This document shows, piece after piece, positions 51,127 through 64,000 of a stretch of 64,000 nt of DNA. The number at the start of each line of letters is the position of its first letter. Within the stretch, counting starts at the first letter, position 1. Position numbers and translations under genes: made by a program. The notes under the pieces were generated by a model that made no database searches, was not told where the DNA came from, and worked only from the letters and a program-made list of their open reading frames with translations. Source of the DNA: Priapulus caudatus (lineage: Eukaryota); NCBI RefSeq assembly GCF_000485595.1, contig NW_014577079.1:626766-690765 (forward strand), in the 5' to 3' direction.

Positions 51127-52361
51127 TGACGCAAAAATGCGTGTTAAAAATGAGACGTTACCAGCTATCATCATGCACTGTACCGTCCGCGCATATATCT
51201 GTGTATTTGTCTAGACTACTCTCTACTTTTACATGCACCAAGCCGTGTGGCATTGGGTATTTGTCCGGCCCACTTGAGCTCATGGCTGTGCGTCTAGTGT
51301 GTTTGTGTTCTACTGTTCCATTTACGTGTACAGTTTTTAGCGCGAGTCACAACAACTAGTTCTTTCGACTAGACTAGTTTCCTCTTCCCAATAATGAATA
51401 CACTTTCCCTGTTCGGTTGTCGACTTTCTCCCATTCACGTACAGTGGTTTTGACTTCCTGTAGACGCATCTATGTTGGGACTTCCTGAATGTTTACTATT
51501 TTTTCTGTCTGCGCGTGGAAGAAAGTACGCGCCGTTGTATTATATTTCGCGTGGAGTGGGTGCCAGTGCCACGAAGGTTGAATAAAAGCAAAAGGGGTCA
51601 ACGCACGTAATCATGGGCGCATAGTTCTTGCAGGCGTTTCACTGTCCTAGTTCTTTTTACTTCGCAGACCTTGTATGTCTGTTCCGGTATATGTGACCAT
51701 TAGCAATGTCGCCGTGACGCGTATACCGTATACGTGCCAGTAAGAGGGTAGAGGGTAGACGAGTCTCAAGCCCCTCAACCAACTCCACAGTTTCCGTATA
51801 GTGCTGTAAAAAATCTTTGAGAGAAGTGGTTTGGGTCTGATGACCTAAAATATATGATATATCTTAAATTGGAAATCGTTTTAATTTGTGAAATTAAAAT
51901 GTTTTTCACGAGTTTTGGGCAGAAAACGTGTTACAACTTAGAGCAAAACATATTACTGAACTCTTAACTGAAATACGTTTAACTAATAAGTTTCCCTAGG
52001 ATTAAAGAGTTTAAAACCATAAAACTCATGCTGTTTTAAGTTTTTGTTCAGGGACAAATGGTGGTGATCAAGTACGATAGAATTTTTCAAAAATAACCCC
52101 AAAATAAAAGAGGGAAGGTTACAATAATTTGATTGTAAAAAGCCTATATATATAAATTGGCTGTACGATGTGTGGATACTTACAAATTTAACTAGGCAGT
52201 GCTAAACACTTTCATCTTTCCTCAAAAACCATCTAAACACGCTGCACCCTTTAAACAATACACAAATTTAACTATCATAGTATAGTTAGTCTGGGCTCAC
52301 TCACTGATCATGAATAGTAAGTACATTGTTGCTAGCCCTCTCGTTGCTACATGTATCGTTA

Positions 52362-52800
52362 AGCCTGGCGCACATTGCCAAACATTTTCCCGAACAAATG
52401 TTCGTCTGAACAAATGTTTTTGTCTGGCAATGTGCGGGTGAACAATTGCTGAGTGCACATTGCTGAACATTTTGCAGCGAACAACCTCGTGGCGCCGTCT
52501 AGTAGCTGGGTTGTAAAGAGTCACGTGATCGGCGCATGATTGGGCACAAAAATCATGTGACCACATATCGTGCTGCTATTGGTTACTACTTTACAAATGT
52601 TCCTAGAATTGTTCGACATTTAGCGCACATTGAGGAACATTCGACGAACAATGTTTGAGATATCAAACATTTCCGATCTTCAGAAACATTGTTCGGAACA
52701 AATGTTCGGCGACTTGTTTCACCGCACATTGCCGAACATTTCATGGAACATTGCTACGATAATGTTTTTGAGCAAAATGTTCGGCAATGTGCGCCGGGCT
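52362..52800. mobile_element. PIF/Harbinger-like MITE
   Basis: TIR AGCCTGGCGCACATTGCCAAACATTTT / AAAATGTTCGGCAATGTGCGCCGGGCT; TTA TSD. Confidence 0.8.
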
Positions 52801-53917
52801 TTACAAGCCACATACATAGGCATCCTGTTTCCTTTCAACTTTTCCTTGAAACCTATGTACACGAAGTAGCTGCAGTATCATGATCTACAGGAAACAATGA
52901 CGCCATATAATAAATTAACTTATCCACCAGCAGTACTTGTGAATAATGGAGTGAACTGTAGAAGTAGCTGAATAGTAGAGCTGGTAAGACAATAGTCATT
53001 ATGAAAATTGGCACTGAGATGCATTCTGAGGACGAAAAATTCAGTTCTGTAGTTAATCCCTCTCAGCTTGATGGAGAGGGGCAACACCCAGGGGGGGGGG
53101 GTCACTCATGATATTACTTAATATGCATGCTCGGCAAAGCATCTCAAAATTGGACCCTAAATGACGTATTCAGCGGTAGCAAATTTTGCCCCTTATTGGC
53201 GTAAGATAATGTATATCTTACCCCTAAATGGCGTAGCACAATAAATTGGTCCCTTTTAAAATCATGTTAAAGGCATACTAGGCCCATTGATTATGCAATG
53301 TTGACGAATGCTAGAGTGACTGGCACCTTGTGTAGTTAATAAGTACATAACCTTATAGCCTAACGCGTATTAGTTTGCCCAATATCGCTGCTGTTACATT
53401 ACAAGCAAGACTTGAAACCGGTTGTTGATATTCATTTACATGCCGTAAATGTCATCCAGGAGTCAAGCGATGAGTCGCCGATGACGTAAACATTTGTGCG
53501 GCCCGTATGTTTTGGACGCCAGATGAAATGGAAGTGTCAGCGGTGTAACCACGGCCACGGAATAAACATGGAAATGGAGGTGTCAGCGGTGTAACCACGG
53601 CCAAGGACTAAACATGGAAATGGAGTAAAACACACGTACTAATCACGGACGCACGTGGACAGCCCTGACAAAAAGTTCCTTATTATCACGAGTGTCCTTG
53701 TTTACGAAATCACTAATGATAGCATTGCGTACGGCCGAGCGTGCATGCGAAAATGTCCGGTGCACTATAAATCTGTATCACACCCGCTTCGCCGGCAGCG
53801 GTTTGAAGCTGTAAACAACTGATTTCTTGGACTGCGGATTTTAATTAGACATTTCCTAGTAACCAGCAGTGATATTGGACAAACTAATACGCGTTTGGAT
53901 GTAAGGTTATGTACTTA

Positions 53918-54292
53918 TTAGCTCATCTGACATAGGCAGATGCAGCTTGTAGAATCGCATGAGCGTGCGTCCGTCCGTGCGTCTGTCCGTGCGTCCGTGC
54001 GTCCGTCAACAGTTGGGCACAAATCTTAACCGCTCGACGTACGGTCACGATATTCGGGACGTAGGGGGGTAATCCGAAAACGAGTTGGGATGTCGAAGCT
54101 GGGGGGCAAAGGTCAAAGGTCAAGAGAAGAGGTGTAAAAGAAGGGGGAACATTCAATCCTTAACTTAAGTCATAGGGAGGAAATCAGATTGCGGCAAGCA
54201 AAATGCTAATGGCTTGACGCTAAGGCTCTGTGATAGTGCGGTGTATAGCATCATGGTAGGAAAACGCCATCACTGTTGCCGAAAATGGAGGT
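53918..54292 (+). mobile_element. HINE-like element copy 3 (5' part, cut by a gap)
   Basis: TTAGCTCATCTGACATAGGCAGATGCAGCT followed by (CGTC/CGTG)n; homologous to the copies at 34666 and 42200. Confidence 0.7.
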
Positions 54293-54317
54293 NNNNNNNN
54301 NNNNNNNNNNNNNNNNN

Positions 54318-54701
54318 ACAGCTGTACGTGGGGAGCTCAACAGTTGGAGACGCCAGGAATCTCTACACATTTGCACCAGAGAATACGACGAAAAACATTG
54401 TTTATCAAGAGGCTTTGAAATGAAAAGTGCAACCCATTCGTACATGCTGTTATAATAACTTTTTGTCATTTACACAATATTACTATTATGTTCCAGGGGT
54501 TCTAAGTTGGGTTGTGCTGTGAAATAAATGTCATACGTAACAGTTTTTTACCATACTTATTATCTTATTAGACTGATTTGTAAATATTGATATTGTGTGC
54601 AATGTTATTCTCCATTTTTACCCAATGTTCCTATTGTGTCCGATTATTAGTACTATGAATTAGTAGCACGATTTTGCAGCGCAGCGGGTACCCGCAGCTA
54701 G
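54318..54701 (+). mobile_element. Helitron 3' end: C-terminus of the Rep/helicase (Pif1-like) ORF, 3' region, hairpin and CTAG terminus
   Basis: QLYVGSSTVGDARNLYTFAPENTTKNIVYQEALK* (54319-54423) resembles the HGQLYVALSRV...TKNIVY..AL end of Helitron helicases; GCGGGTACCCGC palindrome then CTAG|T at 54698-54702. Confidence 0.8.
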
Positions 54702-56956
54702 TATTAAATAGGGTGTGTAGAGTAAATTCCCCACCACTGCCAGAGTGACAGTTGGTGGATCATTGAAGTAGACTATGAAGGCAAACTTTTAAAGCAATAA
54801 AAAAACTATATACCCTATTGCAAGGTTCAAGTAAAAAAGCCATCTTTTCTGCCGGACTAGAAATAAAGACTGCAATCTCTCGCAAAGGCGCAGCTAACTA
54901 GTTTTTTTGGCTTGACGGCCGTTCGAATAAAACTATGTTTAGGCAATTTTGTTTGTGCTAGTGAGAGAATTTCTCATGTACTTCGTTTACTGTCACAGGC
55001 ACGCGCTCACACGCGCGCACACACACGCGCGCGGACACACGCTCACGCACACTCGCGCGCACGTGCACACACAGACAGGCGTGTACGATAAACGTAGCCA
55101 GGTAGGTATATTATACGTATATTATTATATATCTATATATATATATAAATAAACATGCGTATACACAGGAACACGCGCGTGCTCGCCCGCGAAATTTTTT
55201 TTCCCAAACGGTATAACATAGGAAGGATTTAGGCGCCTTCTGATTGGCTGCTTCGATTTGCTTTGCCTTTGACAAGAGAACAAACGCCGATTTGTAAATG
55301 TTGTTTGTGTTTATGACCGCTAGATCAGTACGTTTTCTGATGTATTTTCCATGAAAAACGTATCTTTTCCTCATTAATATAAAGAGGTACGGTTCGGCAT
55401 ATTAGATAGTACCAGGGTACGTTCCGGCAGTACCCATGGGACAAACCTCTCAGCGCCAGTACCTCTAGCATTCGTCAACATTGCATAATCAATGGGCCTA
55501 GTATGCCTTTAATTGTGTAATGACAATTTTCTCACTCAATAGGTATTATAGAGATATATACTGGAAGCTATATTGATTAATTTCTTCATTTTGGTTCATT
55601 ATGACCAAATGTGACCTGCACATCAAGAAAAGGTCACCATAAACGTCGAAGACTAGTTGAAATGACGACCCTAAACGGCGAAGGTTAACCTGAAAAAGTA
55701 CCGCTTTTCTAAAGACGGCGGGGACGCTACAGGATTAAAATCCGACCCTTTTTCGGCATTTTCTCTGACGAGCATGCGTACCAAGTAATTTCCTTTGTGA
55801 CCTCCCTGCGGGGCAACACTGACCATTTCCTTAGAAAAGAGGGAGGGGCTACCCCGAATCACCGGTCACATGCGTCTGTGCCTCCATGCACATTGCAATG
55901 TTTGTATTATTCAATGGGCTCTTCGTGTTCCTTCCTGCCGGGAAAAAGCCGCAGCCCTGTCTCGACACTATAGCACTTGCCTGGCTTGTCTTGACCAAGT
56001 GCTTTATATTTTATGTCAGATAAAAATTTACCCCGTATATATAGTCCTACCGTACCATCAACGTTGATCGTAATATGTTTGTCTATGGTCCCACGAGGCA
56101 GGTGCTTGCGCCTGAATCTGAACATAACACCATTCATTTGAACCATGGACTGTCAATAGAAGGAGGTATAAAAGCAAAGTTGACGTTTAGAATGTGTCCT
56201 TTACTCGCCGCGTATCGACAGCTAACGGACTGCCTGGAGGAGGATGGCTGACAGAGTGCAGTAACTGCATTACAATAGGTGAATAGACACTGTTTGAGTG
56301 TGACTCGACACTGAAGCTCTGTTAATAAGTTGCTCTTCTGCTTCTTTGTCTACAGGGAAGAGTAGGCTGTTCAGAGAGGAGTACGTGAATACATATACAG
56401 AGACTTACGTACGTCCGATCAGGTCATTATCATTTTCTGAGAGCAGTATCTGATCCTGTGTACAGACTCGCATCCCTTCAGAGTGTTATCATACTTAGGA
56501 TTACCCTACTCTATGCACCAACGCAGAGTCCAATTAAGACTTATGTTACATTCAACATATGTTACGTTACGTTCAACCCCGCAATGTAGGTAACCAGTTA
56601 TATACTGACTAAATGGTAAAAAAATTGCCCCAATGCTAAACATCAAACCCATAACTGACCATAAGCCAATTTCACAAGGACGACACAAGAGTGACGTGCC
56701 TGGTGCGTAATCATTGTAGATTTAGCAGCGTATCCCTGTGTGCATTCACGTGGCAATCCGTCCGTCTGGGTGCTGTCAGTATCCATCGCGGTTGGACGTG
56801 GATATGACAGGATGTGTGAGTGGGAGAGAGGAAGAAAGCTAATCTCACCACAGCACTTGCGTGACATATATACGACTTATATTCGGCTATATTATAATAC
56901 AGTATATAAATATATAATATTATGAATAAATAGATAAATATATATATATATATATA

Positions 56957-56997
56957 TCAAGAGTGGATAATAGAGAATCTCTATTATCCACTCTTGA
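56957..56997. repeat. Perfect 41-bp palindrome in (TA)n, termini shared with the 24768 element
   Basis: TCAAGAGTGGATAATAGAGA-A-TCTCTATTATCCACTCTTGA. Confidence 0.85.
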
Positions 56998-57036
56998 TAT
57001 ATATATATAATATATATATGTTGTGTATACAATATA

Positions 57037-57319
57037 CAGGTATAGGTCCCGTTTTACGATGGTCCAGTTTACGACTTTTCACATTAACGACCTTTTAAAA
57101 ATGATCTAAAAAATTGTAAATAACAAAATAAAATCGCAACTCAGTAACACACCGCAGCAACTCCTGTGAGCCCAAACACGCAATATGTTGTTCTTTTTGT
57201 TTTTCGTGGTGCATTGTGGGTGAAATGGTAGCATTATAATTTGGTCTTGTTTTACGACTTTTCATTTTACGACCCTGTTTTACTGGAACCTAACCCTGTC
57301 GTAAAACGGGGCCTACCTG
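57037..57319. mobile_element. Tc1/mariner (Tigger-like) MITE
   Basis: TIR CAGGTA(TA)GGTCCCGTTTTACGA / TCGTAAAACGGGGCCTACCTG; TA TSD. Confidence 0.75.
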
Positions 57320-57847
57320 TAATATGTGGGAGTTGCTAGAGGTGGTAAACAACAGTAGATAGCGTCCATAGGCAGCAGGCCTGAATATGCATCGAACAGA
57401 TATTAATTAAAAATACTCACACTGTTACTTCGCTTACACGCCATACACTATATTCATGTTAAATAACTACAGATTCATGCTCTATATGCTCCGCTCGAAA
57501 CTTTTGCCAGCTCTATGATGCGAATTTCTACAAAGTTGTCTGACTACATTTCCAACACAAATATGACCAACCGGTCGCTGTGACTACGCCACCTGACGGA
57601 ATGTCACGAATACACAACAAGACCAATTTTACTTCTAATGCTTTCTAGACGTCCACGAGGCATCTAACTTGCGTGCATAATGCAAATTATTGCACTCTAG
57701 TGCTGAATTTCGGCGAAAAAAAAAGCCAAAAAAGGCATTTTCTAGAGACGAAATAGTGCAACGGTGAACAATCGTGGATGCTTACTGTTGTACGCCACCT
57801 AGAACACAAGCATCGAAGGAGGGTCACGTGATGTGGATGCACTTGTG

Positions 57848-57913
57848 TTAGGATTAGGGTTATGGTCAAGATTAGGGTAAGGGTTAGGGTTAGGGTTAGG
57901 ATTAGGGTTAGGG
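57848..57913 (+). repeat. Interstitial imperfect (TTAGGG)n, about 11 units
   Basis: Direct inspection. Confidence 0.85.
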
Positions 57914-60900
57914 AAATAAGGCCATGTCTAGCACGGAAGTATGACTGTGAAATCTTTCTGTGGAAGAGTTGGACTTAGAAGCGTACGAAGTGACTATAGT
58001 GCTGCCACAAGCAACACCCGTAATATGTTGATATTTATCAGATTTGATCGTAGATGTCCAACCCTGTGCTGAGGTAGGAAAGGGGCACTCCAGAGAAAGT
58101 GTAGTGATGCTCAGAAAGTGAGCATATATAAGGGCCAGTCACTAGACAAATAATGTATCGAATACCAAGAAGTATTGAAGTGAAAGTGAAGTCGCCACTA
58201 TATTAAGCACATTTCACCCTCCTGAAAGAGCTTGCAATTAAATGAATATTGGTGTACAAACCTGAATCGTGTGATCTCTGTATGATCTATACTTTTCTAA
58301 TATAATTTCCTATACCCAGTGATACCCAAATGAATTGTGTCACCACTTAAAGCACAATAATATTTTTAAATACAACGTGTACATGTAATTATGTAGCACA
58401 ACTACATAAATCATCGTCGTCCTCACCACCATGCACTATCCTATCCCTAACCAAAAACTTTTACTTAATTTAACCCTAACTGCCTAAAAGCCTATCTAGG
58501 CTGCCCCTAACTCTAATGCTAACCTTACCCTAAGCCCATCATTAAACACTTGAAACCAAAAATAGCATTGAATCTCCAGTTAGTAATAAACAATTAATTT
58601 AAAAAACAGATTCCCACTACTGCGCTTATATATAATGGTTATATAATTTTCCTATTGTACCGCAGTACATTTATAAGTCATAATCGTATAATCGTATTGT
58701 CATAAAGGGAACTGATAAATAGTTTACTTTGTACGCATGTCAATGTACTGAGAAAGTAAGATCATGCAGCACTGCAGGGCAATTGTTATTTGGATAGCGC
58801 TAGAGAAACAGAGACGTCTTCAGGAGAGCGAGCGCTCGCCTTCTGAACGACGCTGCGCGAGCGAGCGCGCGCGCGCAAGCTCCAGAGGCTATTCGCGCAG
58901 CGCGTGAGTTGTTTTCAAGATGGCGACGGGCAATCTGGCGAATGCGAATCTAACATTTCTGACTTCAATTTGCAATCTATTTAAACTTCATTTCATTTTT
59001 CATTCATTCATTTACGTCTAAATTCAATTCGTATCAATTTCGTCTGCTAATTCGTTTAACAGTAGGCCCCCTACTTGTTCGAAGACATTAAAATCTCGCG
59101 ATTAAAATCTGCTAAGTAACCCTCCATGGGGGCCGACATCTTGGATAAAGCGATCGCACAGCGTGCAGCGAGCGTTCTCATCGTGCGTTCGCTCTGTTGA
59201 ACACGCCTCAGCTGGTGTGGGGGTGAGATTATCTCGTGGCACAGAGTTGTAGGCCGTGTATTTAAGAGTGAAAGCATTTGCAGGAAGTAACATGTAAGGA
59301 AATACGGTATTTGGCGCTTCGCAAGTAGGCCATTGCTGGTATTAGCATGAATGGCTCTGCTATATATATATATTATCAGGAGTATATAATAGTATATATC
59401 TTCTATTATATACTCCTGATATTGTATATATATGTATAATGAATAATAGTAAATATAACGCCAATAACTTATACAGTTATAGAAAGGTGCATGAGATTTA
59501 TCTCAATATGCCTCCTTTCTTAGAATTTCTGCAAAAGTACATTCGGACATTCAGCCAGCTTAGTCAGACACCCTCCCGTGCATTTAGAAAACCTACACCT
59601 GCCTGCACACACTTATACTATCGTTACTCCTTCGCCTTCGCATCATCACATCTATTCAGGGTTCGCCCAGGCTGAAATTCAAAACAGGGGGAGGGAGGGG
59701 GAGGGGGAGGGGAAGGGGGACAACTAGGGGTCCGGGGGCGTGTCTTTACCGTACAACATAATTAACCGGTAAATCGCCACCACACCGATAGACGGTATTT
59801 GGGTTCTTGTATCAATAAGCTAGGCGCTGAGTCGTGTACATTCGTGACAGGTTAACTGTGTATTGCGGTTAACTGTTGTACGTCTGCCAGTGCATGCGTG
59901 GTACGGTAAAATACCACCCGCGTTGTCCTGGTCGAAACCGCCAGATTACTGACGGTCGATTCGCGCGCTGGCAACCTTATTGTGTGTGGAATTAAAACGG
60001 GGCCGAGGTCATTTCAAACGCGGGGGCGTACAACGATTCAACAGGGGGGAGTGTTCCCAAACGCGGGCGCGCGCCCTCGTGGCGCACACGTAGGGAGAAA
60101 CCCTGTATATCTAGAATTGACCTATTTCCGCTGTTAATGCTCACTCTCCTCAGCTCCTGATGTGCGACCACTGAGCACCATATATAAAACATGTATGTTT
60201 GAGTATTACAGGATTATCCATTACTATATATCATACATAATATATATATATATACTAATATGTATATACATATACATATACGCAGATGATGGTGGGGATG
60301 ATGATGATATAGTGATGGTGATGATAAATCGAATAATGGATATCAAGGATGTTTAGTAAGTTCTGCTTACGTTGTTCAGCTGCGGTGTGACACTTTGGTT
60401 GAATGGCGGTATCCGCTTAGCCGGAAATGTTTAGTTGTGTGGGTGGTCGATGGTGGATGGGTGGCAGCGAAACCGCGGAGGAAGGGGGATCCGCGAGCAT
60501 GTTTACCGGAAAATTTCCCGATGGACAACATGGCTACCGTCAACGTCAGGTACCGTACGTGGTGTGCAGACTATAAATAATATTAGCGGATAACATGATG
60601 AAAAATTATTACTTTGTGTAGGCTTCATGCGCGTTCGACTTGATTGGATGAAACCGTTACCGGATAATCCTAGTTGGTTGCATGGTCTTTTGTGGTTGGA
60701 ATAACACGGAAGGAGAGTGCTAGACGTTTTTGTAGCAGTCATGGGAGGTGGCATGTGTGCGTGGGTTGGCGGCTTTGTCCACTATAGCAACTTCCATGAC
60801 CGCTTCTTCTGGTTCATAGAAATATAGCACACTAATAACTGTAACACAAAAACCATGCGTGATGCGTAGCGCATATATCTCCTATATATATGCAAGTGAT

Positions 60901-61399
60901 AACTCCTAGCAATGGGTGTTTTACAGTTTAGCACGAATAGTCCGGCAGAATAGGGCATATGGTTTGCATGGAGGTATATAGTTTTTCTTATACGTTCGTT
61001 TCTTATGTTCTTGCACCAAATAGCATTCTAACACTGGCACGTTGCTCCACGTTGGGGAATTTTATTTATGTAGATTTTCCAAAACCCGCACTCCCGTGCA
61101 TAAACAATTGAATTTGGATTAAATAAAGCCTAAAGTGTCGGCCAGTACTAGTGATGCCAATCGCCCTGTTTTCAAAATTATAGTATACCATCCTTACAGA
61201 TGGCATTTGAACCTTTTGAAATAGTTGTAGACTAATACCGCATACTATCCTGAATTAGCCATCAACCTGTGGTTTTATTTACCGGCTACATCCGCTTCCC
61301 TTATGTGTAAACAGTGGGGAAAACCACTGAAAACGAGTTTTTATAATACTACAATAAGCATTTCGTACAAATTTCAAAACAAAATCCGTTTGCTAATCG

Positions 61400-62400
61400 C
61401 CTCCTCCTCCTCTTCCGTCGTCCCATCAAGGCTCGTGTTGGACGACTCTATTATGTTCATTACAACATCGCACTGCCTGAACAATGCAACAACTGACATG
61501 ACCCAGTCTACCAATGTTACCAAACACAGCTTGACTTGCATGACTCTCCCGAGAAACCAGAACACTGATGAGCTTGAGTCTAATCTGGTGCTGGGAGTCG
61601 ACAGGAAGTGACCGGCCTGTAGGGACCGTAGTTTCCTCATCCCTACCGTGACCCAGCATATCCATGGGATCAAGCTGGATGGCTTGTAGGGCATGTCTCC
61701 CGATGCACAGCCTGATAGTTGTTCTTTTGACCTTTGTTCTTTGAAATCTTCATTGGTGGTGGCAGAGTGCCACAGCCTTCGGTGTACCTGTGCCCTTTCT
61801 ACCTAGGCCCGTCTTGTCAACTTTAATGCTGACTCACTTCAGTCATGATTTGGCATCAATGCATGTTGATAGCATGCTGAGACAAAAGCTTGGACGCGCA
61901 CGCACATCATTAAAAGTCCAGCAGTCTGATTCACAGGAGGCTCAGCTGCAAATTTCCATCCTCGGAAGAGTTTTCAACATCTGCCCTTTCCCGTATCCGT
62001 GGCCCTGTGGAACAGTGTCGCAACCTGTCAGGGCATGGGTGTACCATTGTCGGAACTGTATATGGAAAGCTTATGCCACTGTCAGCCTATATATAATATA
62101 TCCACAACAGCTGCTGCCCTTTCCTTGGGACGACCCTGGCAATTATTATAGGATGTTACGCCCTCTTCATCGAGGTAATGTACCTGCACAAAGCGTACCC
62201 ATCTGTCCTCTGCCTGCAACAATGTACTCTTTCTGCTTCTCTTCTTGTGCGCATAATCGCCTGTGCTGTGCCGCGTAATCTCTTCTCATGCGTCTGTCTT
62301 GAGGTCTGTTCTTCTGATTCACTAAGCCGTATGGAGACATCGTTACAGACTCAATCTGGCCAGTCATGACTCACGTGTGGGGAATGGCCCCCAGTAACAT
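61400..62400 (-). mobile_element. Decayed Academ-like transposon fragment (XPG/FEN1-type nuclease plus Cys-rich C-terminus)
   Basis: Minus-strand motif HALTGCDTVPQGHGYGK (61987-62037), preceded by PKERAAAVVDI and followed across frameshifts by QAFVSACY, LP..NEDFKE, HALQ..LDPMD, PAPD..LKLI and several Cys. Confidence 0.6.
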
Positions 62401-62634
62401 CCATGCACCTTTAACGTCCCTCCCACCCTAACTTTGGATCAGTGCTCTTGTTCTGAGAGATGTTTAAAATCTGGTCTGGTGGAGGGAGCGGTGATGACCT
62501 GTAATTGGAACACGCACATACCACCTGGACCCGCGTGCCTTCGGCTGAACATTGTGCTGTAGTGAATATAGCCTGTCAAAGCCGAGATAATACATCCCCA
62601 TCCTTAGGCGCGTTTGTACCGATTCCTTTGCACT

Positions 62635-63066
62635 TCACAAGTGGCTAGCACTGCACCCTCGACAGTCCTGCTTCTCCCACCGTGACAGCTGTACGGGCGA
62701 GCCTCAACAGTTGGAGACGCCAGCACTCTACACATCTGCACCCGAGAATACGACGCCCAAAACATTGTTTATCAAGAGCTTTGAATATGAAAAGTGCACC
62801 CCTCGTACATGCCTGTTCTAAATCACAGTTTTTGTCATTTACACCATATTCTACTTACTATGTCGGCCGGGGTTCTAAGTGGGGTTGTGCTGTGAAATAA
62901 ATTCAACGTACACAGTTTTACGCATACTATCATCTCTTAACTGATTTGTAACTATTGATATGTGTGCAAGTTATTTCTCCATTTTTCCCTCAATTTCCTA
63001 TTGTGTCCGATTATAGTAGAGCATAGTAGCCACGATTTTGCAGTGGGCCACGGGTACCGCCGCTAG
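62635..63066 (+). mobile_element. Second, indel-rich copy of the Helitron 3' end
   Basis: Frameshifted LDSPCFSH.QLY-like coding remnant, collinear with 54318-54701; CTAG at 63063-63066. Confidence 0.7.
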
Positions 63067-64000
63067 TATTAAATCAAGGGTGTGTAGCGTAAATTCCGCA
63101 CCACTCCTGCCAGAGATGACAGTTGGGATCCTTGAAGTAGACTATGAAGGCAACCTTAAGCAATAAAAAAAACTATATACCTATTGGCAAGGTTCAAGTA
63201 AAAAAAGCCATCTTTCTGCCGGACCTAGAAATAAAGACCGGCCATCTCGCAAAGGCGCCCAGCTAACTAGTTTTTTTGGGCTTTGACGTGCCGTTCGAAT
63301 ACACTATGTTCGGCAATTTTTGTTTGTGCTAGTGAGAGAATTTTCTCAGTACTTCGTATTACCGTCCCCCAGGCTCCGCGCTCACAACCAGGTCGGTACG
63401 CGCGCACACAGCAAAACACCGCCGGACACACGCTCACTGCACATGCTCGCGCGCACGGCACACACAGACCGGCGTGTCCGATCAACGAGCCCAGGTAGGT
63501 ATATTATACGTATATCTATCCTATCTTAAATATACTACCATAAGTATATCTATATAATATATCACCTAAACCATGCTATACACACGAACACGCGCGTGCT
63601 CGCCACGTGCACCCACTCACTCCAGCGCTACACCGCGCCCAATGCGTATATATCAGACGTCGATATAATATCTACTTCTGATATCATAATATATATATAG
63701 AAGTTTTATAATTAACACCACCAAATGGCTCGAGGCGTAGAATATATGAGCGCGAAACGCAGCACGTGCCGAATGTTTTCTGCACGTGTAAAACGAACCG
63801 CTCACGGCTACGGTTCCAGCTGCATAAACTGATCATATTTGTGTTCGTGTACTTGCGGGTGTCACTATAGATTCCACCGACAATATATCGATATGTCACG
63901 AGCACGAGCTTAGTGAATGGGGGTGTCACCCTTGAGCTGTCCTGGCGTGGTGTGTGACGGATGTATCGTAAGCGGGAATAATCATAATGCAGTGTCCTCG

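Larger units (their letters stand above)
53271..55508. mobile_element. Kolobok-like non-autonomous element
   Basis: 46-bp TIR AGGCATACTAGGCCCATTGATTATGCAATGTTGACGAATGCTAGAG, TTAA on both sides; a related terminus at about 36528-36592. Confidence 0.75.
53087..55812. mobile_element. Unclassified TIR element (CCC...GGG ends, 6-bp TSD GCAACA) hosting nested insertions
   Basis: Left CCCAGGGGG..GGTCAC..ATTACTT..GCATGCTCG versus right CGAGCATGC..AAGTAAT..GTGACC..GCGGG; GCAACA at 53081-53086 and 55813-55818. Confidence 0.6.

Noticed and set aside
57848..57913. TTAGGG array as a true telomere or chromosome fusion site
   Set aside because: Short, imperfect and interstitial, with no head-to-head TTAGGG/CCCTAA junction.

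Overview
Eukaryotic (metazoan, invertebrate-like) genomic DNA, repeat-rich, with five N gaps (4097-5033, 10344-10353, 36619-36643, 47849-48439, 54293-54317) and several stretches that look like uncorrected long-read sequence. The one well-supported gene is the RNA polymerase I largest subunit (POLR1A/RPA1) on the minus strand. I assembled 32 GT-AG exons by hand from ATG 32346 down to 12441 into one open frame of 1658 codons. It contains the N-terminal Zn-binding motifs, the NADFDGD active site, the bridge helix, the trigger loop and the Pol I-type acidic loop. The final conserved segment (roughly 90-100 aa in orthologues) was not found. The rest is non-autonomous DNA transposons (hAT-, Tc1/pogo-, Harbinger- and Kolobok-like, Helentron/HINE-like), a Helitron 3' end, a decayed Academ-like XPG nuclease remnant, a (TA)n-associated palindromic family, TTAGGG-carrying foldback elements, and mini/microsatellites. 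I found no novel multi-gene system that I can support. The best leads are a frame-preserving degenerate exon duplicate next to the bridge helix, an inverted hAT pair bracketing exons 1-17, the TA-targeting hairpin family and a four-layer nested transposon. All family assignments come from terminal sequences, TSDs and remembered motifs, not from database searches.
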